From: Rhizaria sp. SCN 62-66
Taxonomy: Eukaryota
Assembly (NCBI GenBank): GCA_001724265.1
Contig: MEDY01000305.1
Span: 1-37,594 of the forward strand
Direction: 5' to 3'
Length of the DNA: 37,594 bases
In this document: one piece after another, positions 12,001 to 21,877 of the stretch
Layout of the letters: each line of letters opens with the position of its first letter
How positions within the stretch are numbered: position 1 is the first letter of the stretch
Notes under the pieces: model-generated
Told to the model about the DNA's origin: nothing
What the model saw: only the letters and a program-made list of their open reading frames with translations
Databases searched by the model: none
Made by a program: the position numbers and the translations under genes

Positions 12001-12703
12001 GGGTGGCAAGGGCCGCGGCGGCGCGGCGGCGGCGGCGGCGGCGGACGAGGGCGTGCAGGCCGCGGCGCGGCTGGAGCGGATGCGCCAGCGCGACCAGGCG
12101 CGCGCGGATGACTTCGTCAAGGTCCAGGAGGATGGGCTCGCAGCCGCCGACGGCGGTGCCGGTGCCGGCGCGGGCGGTGCCGCCGGCAGCGGCTCGGCGG
12201 CCGCGGCCGGCGGCAGCAGCGGCGGCGCCGGCGCCGGCGCCGGTGTCGGCGGCGGCCCGAATACGGCGGTGAGCGGCAGCGCAGTCAACGGGGACGCGGC
12301 GTACGACGCCCACTTCAACGACGATGACCGGCCGTACTTGGTGCAGGCGGGGCCGAACAAGCCCGCGCACCCGGCGGCGTGGGTGCAACGCGCGCTGCGG
12401 CCGCTGAACCCGGTTTACTTGGGCCCGCTGCAGTGGCTGCAGCAGCGGCAGCGCCTCGAGGCGGCCGCAGAGGCCGCGCCGCAATGGCCGCGGCCCTGGG
12501 CCTGGGCCGCCGCGGAGGGCAGCACCGCGCAGAAGATGCGCGCGCTGCTCGCTCATCCAGAGCAGCAGCATCAGCGCCAGCAGCCGCTCCAGCCTGAGCA
12601 GCAGACCGAGAAGGCGGCGCAAGACGTGCCCGGCGCTGGCGACGCGGTGAGTGCTAGTGTGGTGGCGGTGGCGGCGAGTGGCAATGCGATGACCGATGGT
12701 TGA
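9077..12703 (+). CDS. PHD-finger chromatin protein (Cti6/Set3/KMT2E-type PHD) in Ala/acidic low-complexity sequence, 1208 aa
   Basis: C4HC3 PHD at about 10823-10968: VTRCACG..GFMIACEQCEVWQHGDCMG..PEAYWCELCRP. Basic NLS-like stretches RKGRNRNRK and KRRRP. The ATG is preceded by a pyrimidine tract and AACAG. Confidence 0.85.
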   Translation: MDPQEPPGSGPEPTFPGAAAAAPDAPSSASAEAAPAPAPADGSAAAGDAAAAASAAGEGTAAGDAAADADAPAADTDAPAAASAADATAADGADSTVAAAASAAVPASPAAASAAAASEPAAATEAVAPTTDNAATAAADSVAAPDASAASESTAPAADATATAAKTEAEAEAAGSAEAAPAAVKTEPAAAAAEADAEAGAAKAETKTESESAAAAAAAEAEAEAEAAAEVKAEPADAAAATAAVVTADADAAAPAASAAMADDDDDDTADADAAAAAATAVAETAEADAAADAKDSAAAAAAPVGMADDDDDDDGNAAAEAATAAATVKPEPAAAAETAAETETETASASASAGNAMTDDDAAPSSAAAAPVASAAAVAPTRSQRSTPSRAAAAAAKAAAAAAPAVPSLDSAPAPVAAPAPASKSAKATAVDVKTEDPSSASNKTESAAAGEITAAAATTEAAEAEEEDAVAAVKAETEAAAAAAEAEAATAAEAAAAAAEAAAAAEAEAAAAAAAAAAEAEAEAEAEAEADQHDDAAAAAAAAASAAGADSAAAGSGAGAGDDGDADGDGDGDGDEGDGSVTRCACGNNSDALGFMIACEQCEVWQHGDCMGLTERTAPEAYWCELCRPDDPLHVTRRATAPNGVFYPRKGRNRNRKSVAPAAGAAAGAFAPGGAGARGGVSRSSAAAAAAAAGGGGALGLSLGFDPVSATAAAAALPPASLALLSSLLLDPATASALTAAAAAHAAAVGAAVGAGLDPAAATAAAAAALAHAGVLLPPGVTSEMLAVLASAATGSASGAGAAGTAAPTTPAPGGGGGGGGTKRRRPDGVVAGSSGTPTGPAGPGGAGAGAGAGAAFGTGDLAAAGDDKRRLTAAEADAAAAAAAAAGVVGLGAGALDGSPFERLTLEERRARRDLAVSGRAEGKLRRKGIELGNAVPPPVSVAAAAAAAAAAIGASADAGAGAGGATPAGAKGGKGRGGAAAAAAADEGVQAAARLERMRQRDQARADDFVKVQEDGLAAADGGAGAGAGGAAGSGSAAAAGGSSGGAGAGAGVGGGPNTAVSGSAVNGDAAYDAHFNDDDRPYLVQAGPNKPAHPAAWVQRALRPLNPVYLGPLQWLQQRQRLEAAAEAAPQWPRPWAWAAAEGSTAQKMRALLAHPEQQHQRQQPLQPEQQTEKAAQDVPGAGDAVSASVVAVAASGNAMTDG

Positions 12704-13852
12704 AGTGCTTCATCTTACGCAAAGCACAATATTATAACTGTAAAGCTTTCTAGTTTTTGTCAGGCCACCTTGTGACTGCACAACGTTGATGATGGCCGCA
12801 TGATACAACCAAACACGCATACAAAGATTTCAATTCAATTTCACTATAAATCCTGTATTGGTATCGTTTTTTATGAGAAATGAATCTAGAGAGTTTGAGT
12901 TAAATAAGGATAAGTTATTTGTATTTTGTTTGTTTTGTTTTTTTGTTGAAGATCTCGTCGTAGCGCGCCACGGCAACGGGTTCCTAGCTCTGCCACTTTC
13001 TTATCAGTGACAGCTCCAAAGTGTGCGACGGCCTCCCGCGTTTCGCTGTCCGCGGGGGCCGCCGTCTTCTGCCGTTGTTGCCGCACTGCGCGCCTTTCTG
13101 TCTGTCTACATGTACGTGTGCATATGTGTGTTTGTGTTTAGACGACGACGAGTGTGGGCTTTGGTTGCAACACACTCTGCCAGCGCAGTGCGGGTCATAT
13201 ACGACGCCGAAGACCGGAAGGGCACAGGGCGTGTATAAGAGCGGGCACTGCGCCGCTGTTGCTGGAGTCTATGAACGCGCGGTGGCAAGCCGCGCGGCGG
13301 GGGATTGATGGACAATAATCACGATTTGGGGGCCAAAGCGCGGGAAACGCACAAGCCACCCGCTCAAAACGCTGGAACCATCACACGAGAGCGAATCGAA
13401 ACAACAAACAATGATTCCGTGTGGTGGTCGGGCGTTAAAAGCGGGCGACAGCACGGGGCGCGTGCAGTGTGGCGCGCGGCAGAGTACAGGGGACGCCGCG
13501 GTCAGCAGTCAGCATCGAAGGCATCGAAAGCATCGGTGCAGCGGTAACCGCGGAAACCAGCTGACACTTGTGTGTGCCGGCTGGAACATCCCCCAAAACG
13601 CACTCTGTCGCAGACCGTCAGCGGGTGCGTGTCTGTGTCAGGCTGTTAAGCGCATGTTTATCTGCTCTTACAGACACTACACACAGAGACACAACCCCAC
13701 AACGGTCACTTTTCGTCACTTACTTACTGCGTCTTAAACTGGTGTTCGCTCCAGCGCAGACGCAACACACGCGCCGCCGTGTGCGCGGTTCCCTCTCCTT
13801 CGTCGCGGCGAGGCGGGGTCATTAGGCCGTCCTCACAAACGGCACGTGGAGG

Positions 13853-14281
13853 TTAGAGCGAACACGGCGCAAGCCTACACCTACGTGCTGCCTCGCCGTC
13901 CTCCTCGGCGGCCACGACGGTGAGCGACGAGCCCACCGAGCCAGACGGGCGCAGCGACGCCAGAGCGCCCTCGAGCGCGGTCTCCTCGGACCCACCGACG
14001 GAGTTGTTGTTGTCCCGGTCGCCCGTCTTGGGGGCGTTGAAGACGGAGCCGCCCATGACAAGCGCGTTGACAGCGGCGATCGACAGCACGGGGCCCGACA
14101 TCGACGACTGCGCGCGGCCAGAAGACGCGGCGGCAGACTTGACAGCGGCGCGCATGGCGGAGCGGCGGGAAGCCTTAGTGGCCATGCTGGTGAAGTTGGC
14201 GGTCGACGAGCAGCCGCGCACGTCGAACAGGGCCTTCATCAGGCTGATCTTGCCTGCGGACCCGCGGAAGCCTCGGTACAT
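13853..14281 (-). CDS. Hypothetical protein, about 142 aa, possibly mitochondrion-targeted
   Basis: GC-rich block with C/G-ending codons in this frame. ATG at 14281 follows TTCAG. N-terminal half is Arg/Ser/Ala-rich and nearly acid-free (MYRGFRGSAGKISLMKALF..); acidic EEDGE lies near the end. The 3' end is uncertain because of a possible GTAGGT donor at 13884. Confidence 0.6.
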   Translation of the reverse strand: MYRGFRGSAGKISLMKALFDVRGCSSTANFTSMATKASRRSAMRAAVKSAAASSGRAQSSMSGPVLSIAAVNALVMGGSVFNAPKTGDRDNNNSVGGSEETALEGALASLRPSGSVGSSLTVVAAEEDGEAARRCRLAPCSL

Positions 14282-15136
14282 TGCACTGAAGCTATGACGC
14301 CGAGTGATTAAATAGAAATGATTGGTGTTAGGTGAAGGCATGAGCAAACGGTTGGGCATGTTGTAACAACAAATGACGATCGTGTAAGTCCGTGCGAAAT
14401 GGAAATGATGTTAGAGCCGGTGATGGGGTGAAATGTTGCGCAGCGCTTCTGCGCAGGTCTCGTGAGCCTCAGAATGTCCATGATGTGGTCTATGATATGA
14501 ATATATAGCAGACGCGGTGCGGAAATACTTGCACAAATTACTGTCACTCAAATATGTTCGATGCGCGCGTCGCCATGCAGCTTTTGTTGCTCCTCTCTCT
14601 CTCAACCCCAACCGACAGTCGCGTGGGCCAGGCGAGCCAGCGGCCCGTTCGCCAGCCGCTCACAGTCACTTGATTCCAAACCTGACGCCGGATAATTCAG
14701 CATTTATGGCCATCCACACACCGTAGTTTAAGACTGTCTTGGTGACCTAGAACTTTACTGCTATGTTTCTACATGATCTCAAATTCCTTAATCTTGCACG
14801 GCTCTCTATCTCCACTTTCTCGTTCCTATCTTACCGACCTCGTGCTCACCTCCAACCCCGAACCTCGCTCTCTTTTGGCCCTGCACCCTGCCTCAGCGCG
14901 ACTCACTCTCCGTTCAACTTTGACACCACCAGGTCTTAACCTGCTTGATCCCCCGTCCTTTGCTTGGGTTCTCTGCTACTCCCCCGGGTTTCCCCCGATC
15001 CCGTCCCCCAAGCCAGCGCCTCCGCCTGCTGTCCGTTTGTTTGCTGCTCTCCCGCCGTTAAGCAGTCAGCACCGGCCAACCTCTCAGCTCCCCACCTCGT
15101 CCCGGCTCCGCTCTTTCCGTCCCGCGCAGCGCCTCG

Positions 15137-18100
15137 ATGTCCTCCGACTCCGACGCCGGTGGTGGCAACGCCTTCAGCAAGAAGCCCGCAGGTGGCTTCG
15201 GCAAAAAGCCCGCCGCCCCCGCCTCGAGCGGCGGTGCCGCCGCGAAGCCGCGCCGCTTCCTGCCCACAGACTCCGACGACGATGATGACGACGACAAGGG
15301 CAAGGCCAAACCGGCCGCCGGGTTTGGCAAGTCCAGCACCAGCGCCAGCGCCAGCGCCGCCAAGCCCAGCAGCGGCGGCTCTGCAGGGGGATTTGGCAAG
15401 AGCGCCGCCGCCAAGCCTGCTGCTGGCAAGGCGGCGCGCGGCAGCCTCGCGTTCGACAGCGACCTGGACTCTGACTCCGCGTCGTCGTCGTCCTCGGCCG
15501 CGGATAAGTCTGCCAAGACGGCGCTGAGCTCTTTTGCGGTCAAGGCCCCGGCCCCATCGCTGCCCGCGGCGCATACCACCAAGATCGCCGGCGGGTTCGG
15601 CAAGAAAAAGGCCTCCGCGCCCTCCGACTCAGACTCGCACTCAGGCTCGGACTCGGATCTCCCCGCGCCCAGCGCGCTCTTCGCCCGCCGCGGCACCGCC
15701 GGCGCGTCGTCGCTCGCCTCGCCGCGCTTGGGCAGCAGCGGCGGCGGCGGCAACGGCGGGTACGTCCCGTCGGCCGTCGCCGCGGCGGCCGCGGCCCGCT
15801 CCGGCGCGCTGTCGGTCTTCGCGGACGCCTCGACGGCGATCCCGGCTTCGGTGCCTGACCCCATCACGGGCTACCGCCGCTGCGCGCGGCCGGCATTGAC
15901 GCCGCAGGAGTTGGCCGCACTCACCGACGGCATTGACGAGTTCGGCCAGGAGGGCGCCTTTGACTCGCAGCGTTTTGTCGCGCGCTACTACCGCGCACAC
16001 TCGGCGCAGACGGCGCGCGCGCACCTGGCCAAGCTGCAGGGCCGCCGCGCGCTCGTCAAGTCGACGCTCAAGCGCTACGTCGCGCAGCGCTTCGAGGCCG
16101 CGCTCACCGTCACCAGGTACTTGCGCGCCAACATATCAACGCAGCGTTGCTTCTATTTTGCTGTTGTGTCGCATGCCATTTCATATTTAGCATCTTCCTG
16201 GCCACTTGTTTTCTAACTTCTCTTCTTTGTTGTTGTTTTTTGTCTTCTGAATGCTATGTTTGTCCTTTTTTTTCGCACGTCTACAGGGAGGTACAGGCGA
16301 TGGAGGCGCACATGCTGCGCATGTCGTCGCTGCTCAACTCGCTCAAAGGCGGCATCCAGGCACTGCAGGACTCGACCCGCGACCAGGCCTCTGGCGGCGC
16401 CCGCGGCGCCGGCGCCGATGCCGACGCGGACGTGTTCGCGGCGCGCGAGCGCGCGTGGCGCGCGGCCGCCGAGGCCGCCGCGGCCGGCCCGTCGTCGCTG
16501 GCGGTGGGCGTGGGCGCGGACGACCTGGAGGGCGTGGCCGAGGACCTGGGCGCGTGCGTGTTCGAGCGGCGCCTGGACCACGCCGTGGGGCTGGTCGAGT
16601 ACGCGATCGCGCGCGGGCTCATCCCGCCGCTCGACGGCTCCCTCACGCCCGCCGCCGTCGCCGGTGGCGGGGCGGGGGCCTTGCTGCTCGACAGCGGGGC
16701 CGAAGGCGACGGCGCCGTGGCATCGGCGATGGCTGTGCGTGCGCTCTCGCGTCTGCACTCGCTGCCGGAGGCCGCGGGCGGCGCCGCGGGGGCCGCCGGC
16801 GCCTCACCCTCCGTCGCCGGCGGCCCCGCCGGCGGCGGCAAGAAGCAGAAGCAGGCCCGGCGCGGCGGCGCGCGCGGGCGGCGCGGGGCGGCGGGCGGCG
16901 CGCGCGGCGGGCTTGTCAGCGGCGACTACCTGGGCGTGGACGCCGGCGACGGCGACGCCAGCGGGGTCGGACTGGGCGTGTTCCTGGCCCAGGGCGTGCC
17001 CGACTGGCGCGACGCGCTTGTGTGTGGCGGTGTCGCGCTTGGCAATAACGGCGGCGGGGGCGACGACGACTTAGACGACGACTTCGGCTATGACAACGAC
17101 GATGATGATGACGACGACGACGACAGCGTGGGCGTTGGCAGCTGGGGCAAGGGCAGCGCCGCCAAGCCTGCCGCCAAGAAGAAGAGTCCGTGGGGCGCCG
17201 ACAGCGATGACGACAGCGACAACGCGAGAAACAAGGACGACGACGATGACGACGACGTGTTCGACAAGAAGGGCGCCACGGGCGGTTTCGGCAAGGCTTC
17301 GTCGTTCAAGCCTTTGCGCTCCACAGCCACCGCCTCGGCGCGCCCCGGCTCGGCGCTGGCGTCTAGCTCCCCGCGACGCGCGGCTAATGGCGGCCGTGCT
17401 GCCGGGCGCCGCGCTGGCGGCGGGGGCGGCGGCGGCAACGGGCTGATGATGCCGCTGGCCACGCTGGCCGAGCGCGCAGCGCACCGGCTGACGATCGCGG
17501 GGCACGTCGGCGCGCTGACGGACGCGCTGCTGGCCGAGCTGACGTCTCCGGGCCGCTCGCTGGCCGAGCGCGCGCGCGCAGTGGCGCTGCTGACCCGGCT
17601 GGACCAGGAGCAGCGCGCGCTGAGACTGTTCCTGGCGCAGAAGAACGCGCAGGTCGCGGCCGCCACACGCGCCGTGCGGCTGCAGGGTGACGTTCCGGCT
17701 TACGTGCGCGACCTGGGCGCGGGCGTCTTCGGCGCGATCGCGACGGCCAGCGAGGAGATGCGCCTGCTGTTCGAGCCCAGCGAGCTGTCGGCGTCCTTCA
17801 CCGTGTGGGCAGTGGAGACCGTGCATAGGTTCGCGGCGACCGTGGTGAAGCAGGCGCTGCAGAGCGACGACGCGCTGCACCACGCGGGCGACTGCCTCGG
17901 CAACGCCTACGCCGCGTGCGTCGCCGCGCTCGACCCGCGCCAGATGGCGCCCCTGCTGGTGGCCTTCGCGGCGGCCGTGCAGCCCGCGCTGGTCGAGGCC
18001 ATCGCCAAGGGGCTGCGCCGCACCGAAACGATCGTGGCCAACTTCCTCGCTCAGGAGCGCTGGCGCGGGCGCGGGCTGTACGTCGCCGAGCCCGCCAACG

Positions 18101-20637
18101 CGACGCCCGATAGCCCGAACAAGAACAGCTACAACAACAACACCTCGGGCGACGGCCGCGTGATGCTGCGGCTGACCGAGAGCGCGCGCCTGTTGTACGA
18201 GGTCGTGCGCGGGCTGCTGGGCGAGCTCAACCCCGTGCTGTCGAGCGCGCACTGCCCCGCCGCGGGCCAGGCGCTGTACGCGCCCGTGGTGACCGGGCTC
18301 GTGCACCTGCTCGAGGGCTTCGTGCTCGCGGTGCTGCATCAGGCCAAGGCCGGGCTCACCGCGCCCGCGCCCAACACCGCAACCGCGGCCGGCACCGCCG
18401 TCGCCGCGGCCGCCGCAGCAGCCGCAGCAGCAGCCGCGCTGGACCCGCCGTCCCCGGCCTCCGCGCGCGCCGCAGCTGCCGCGAGCGGGGCCGCCGGCGG
18501 CGGCGCGGGCGCCACGGGCGTCGCGGCCGCGGTCTCGGCGCGCGACGCGCTGTCCGCGGCGGCCAACTCGGTTGCCACCGCAGGCGTCGCGGCGCCCGCG
18601 GGCGTGGTGGGACTTTCTGACGCGCAGCTGCTCGACATGGCGTCGAACTTGGCGTGCTTGTCGTCGGACCTGCTGCCGCGCGTGTCGCTGGAGCTCACGA
18701 CGTGCTTCGCGCGCGCCGTGCCCGAGTTGTCCGCGCTCACCACGCGCGTTGCCCGCTCGCGCGACGCGCTGCTCGACGCCTTCGCGCAGAAGCGCGCGCT
18801 CTTTTGGGTGCGCGGGCGCGTGTGGCAGCAGCTGCAGCACCAGCTGCAGCAGCCACAGCACCTGCAGGTGGACGTCGACACGCTCCAGGCCGCCGCGGCC
18901 GCCGTGGGCACCGACGCCGTGCTCAAGTGGGTTTCGACGCCCGAGCTCTCTGCGCGCTACTCGCGCGTCCCAGCGCTGCCCGAGGAGCCCGAGGCGGTTG
19001 AGTGCTACCCCACGGCGCCCTGGGTCGCGCTCATGGCCATCATCCGCTCGCTCCGCAAGCAGGCCGGCGTGTCGCTGGGCGCGGCCGCGAGCGAGGCCGT
19101 GCTCTCTGCCGTCGTCGAGGAGGTCCTGCGCGTGCTCCACGAGCCCATCGGCTGGGAGCGACTCTTCCCCCCGCTCGGCGGCGCGCAGCAGCTCGTGCTC
19201 GACCTCAAGGTCTTCGACCTCTACACGGCTTCGATGGGCGCGCAGAACGCCACCACCAAGGCCATCGTCGCATCGCTGGTCCGCCGCGCAGTGCGCGTGT
19301 ACGGCGCGGGCGTGGCGCGCGGCGCGGCTGCGGCGGCCACGGCTGCGGCGGAGGCGGCCGCGGCGGCGGCGGAGGCCGCGGCCAAGGAAGCTGCGAAGGA
19401 GGCCGAGCGCGAGCGCGAGCGCGAGCGGGAGCGCGCTCGCAAGGAGCGCGAGGCCGAGGCGCTGCGGGCCAAGGAGGCCAAGGAGCAGGCCGCCAAGGAC
19501 AAGGACGCGCGCGCCAAGGCCAAGGCTGAGAGCGACGAGCAGGAGACGAAGGACAAGGCCGCGGCTAAGGCCAAGGCGGACAAGGAGGCCGAGGAGGCTG
19601 CTGCCGCCGCCGCTGCTGCTGCTGCTGCTGCTGCTGCTGATGCCAAGAGCAAGGACGGCAAGGGCAAGGACGGCAAGAAGAACAGCTCTGCCGGCCGCAA
19701 GCGCTTCGCTGACAGCAGAGACGATGATGACGACGACGATGCGTTCAACCTGGATGATCTGTCGGACCTCCCGTCGTCGATGTCTGACTCTGATGCCTCA
19801 GATCTCTCCGACAGAGACGACGACGACCGCCGCGGTAAGAGCAAGGCGGCGGCGGGCGGCTTCGGCAAGACCAAGGCCGGCGGCGCCGCGAACCCCTTCT
19901 CCAAGTCCTCCTCTTCTAAGGGCAAGGACAAGGACTCTGAGAAGGAAAACCCCTTCTCGAAGAGCAAGTCTCCCGGTGGCGACAAGGGCGACGACAAGAG
20001 TAGTGGCAAGGAGAACCCTTTCTCGAAGAAGTCCACCTCGCCCCGCGCCAGCGACAAGAACGCCAAGGACAAGAGCGACGACAAGGACGGTGACAAGGAC
20101 AAGGCCAAGGACAAGGCTGCGTCCCCGGTTAAAGACGACAAGGACGTCGGCAAGGGCAGCAAGGACGCCAAGAACCCTGACGCCAGCTCCAGCTCTGCTG
20201 CTGACGCGAGCAAGAGCAGCGGCCCTGCCCCTTCGCCCTCGCCGACCAAGCCCGCCGCCGCAGGACCCTCGGCCGCTGCGACGGCTGCCACGGCCGCGGC
20301 CGCCGCTGCGAGCGCCGCCGCCGCGGCTGCCGCCACTGCGGGTGCGAGCGCAAGCGCGGGCGCGGCGGGCGCGAGCGACAAGTCCCTGCTAGCGCTGGTG
20401 GTGCGCAGCGACGAGTTCTACCAGTTGATCGCGGAGAAGGTGCTCATGGGCATCGAGTCGGGCCAGCCCCAGCAGCAGATGGTGAGCCAAATGCTGGCGC
20501 AGCAGACGCAGCAGGCGGCGGCTGCGGCGGCAGCGGCGGCGGCCGAGGCCAGCGCTACGCGCAGGGGCACGATGGGCTCGGTGCTGCGTAAGACGGCCCC
20601 AGTGCCGACGTCCAAGGACGCCGCCGACACGGCGTAA
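15137..20637 (+). CDS. EXO84: Exocyst component Exo84 (EXOC8) with long low-complexity extensions, 2 exons, about 1776 aa
   Basis: Exons 15137-16116 and 16287-20637; intron 16117-16286 (GTACTT..TACAG, 170 nt) keeps the frame. Vps51/Exo84-type N-terminal segment FDSQRFV..LKRYVAQRFEAALTVTREVQAME. Exo84 C-terminal-domain patterns AEDLGACVFERRLDHAV, ERARAVALLTRLDQEQRALRLFL, LQGDVPAYVRDL..VFGAI and SASFTVWA. Confidence 0.85.
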
Positions 20638-21502
20638 TTTCCGACTGGTTGGGTGTTCCGTCCTAACCGTCATAATGATAATAAGATTTGTGACAAGTTG
20701 TGTGCAAGAGCACGACACAAAAAGTTGAGTTATTTAGAATAAAGATTCTGTGTTTTGTATTACGTGAGATACGACTAGCATTATTATTATTATAAGGGAT
20801 ACGATGAACGGAGCTCAAAGTAGAATAATTACGGGTGGCAAGAGAAAGGAAAGGAGAGACTGAACAACATCAAAATAGTCTAAACAAAGGCAACAAAGGC
20901 AACAAGACTCGTGTGCTTGCTGCATCATAATCAATGCGAAATTAGGGGACTTAGACTGAATTGTGTGATAAGACGGGGGAGATGGGACTTGGATAACATG
21001 GACGTGAAAACGGCTTGGTATAACTACGCCAACTAGGAAGCAAACCAATTATCTCACCAGCACAACAACTGATATGTGTGTAGGTGTGTGCGGTGAGTTT
21101 ACGATATCAAGTCAAAAAAAAAACAAAAAAAAAAACACGGCACCATTGAAACGAATAGGGAGGCTCAAACTATGAGACCGAAAGAAACGTTGTTCTGCCG
21201 AACGACAAAACAAGCACAGCACGCCAAAGTAACTGTCCTAATTGATAGACACAGTTAAGTGTTTCTGATTGAAAGATGTCGTTGATATGAGCGCAAACAA
21301 AGAAGAATGCAACGAGGACGGAGGTCGCAGAGATGATAAGCACAAGCAGGTAGGACAGTCATAGAGCACGGAGAAAAATGCTGTGGTGTCAAGGAGTCAC
21401 TCGGACGCCTTGTGACCAACAACGGCAGCGAAAGAAAAAAAAAAAAAGAGCAACAGCAGCATCACAAACAACACGTGCACTACACAACATTGTTACTTGT
21501 GT

Positions 21503-21539
21503 CACACACACACACACACACACACACAAAAAAAAAAAA
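21503..21539. repeat. (CA)13 microsatellite abutting a poly-A run
   Basis: CA repeats at 21503-21528 followed by A at 21529-21539; reads as a U-run then UG repeats on the minus strand. Confidence 0.95.
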
Positions 21540-21703
21540 GATCATTTGATATCACTATTACAGGTTGATATGTCCCCTTACGAGACTCGTAAGATAGCAA
21601 GACACATCCAATGAAAGAAAGAAAGAAAAAACAACAACATAAACACCACAAAATAGACAATTAAAAAAAGAACTTGCGTTAGTTTTCCTCCGTCCAGGCG
21701 GCT

Positions 21704-21877
21704 CTAATGGAAGCATGTTCTGCGTTGGCATCAGCCCAAAAAGATCACAGAGAAAACACAAACATACAAAAAGATAATGTGGTGACTCAAAAGAGAGAAA
21801 CGAAACACCGAAAATATACATTGCGAAACAGTCAGTGTCGATAACGCCCACCTCGCTGTGGTACTATGAGGGAGCAT
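21704..21877 (-). CDS. Candidate spliced micro-ORF, MLPHSTTARTCFH* (13 aa)
   Basis: Exon 21877-21852, then AG|GTGGGC donor, a 132-nt U-rich intron 21851-21720 ending GCTGAT..ACGCAG, then exon 21719-21704 ending TAG. The acceptor is strong. The donor is uncertain; an alternative GTACCA donor at 21864 gives MLPHKHASIRAAWTEEN*. Confidence 0.45.

Noticed and set aside
12647-12703. GTGAGT donor-like site near the end of the PHD gene
   Set aside because: The frame continues in the same style to TGA at 12703, and no downstream coding exon was found.
13112-13141. 30-nt GTACGT..TTTAG mini-intron-like string on the plus strand
   Set aside because: Far shorter than validated introns and joins no coding-like frames.
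9085-20392. Many long overlapping ORFs (for example 9085-10551, 10304-12622, 17071-19140, 18572-20392)
   Set aside because: Arg/Pro/Ala-rich alternative-frame or antisense products expected in very GC-rich coding DNA with few stop codons.
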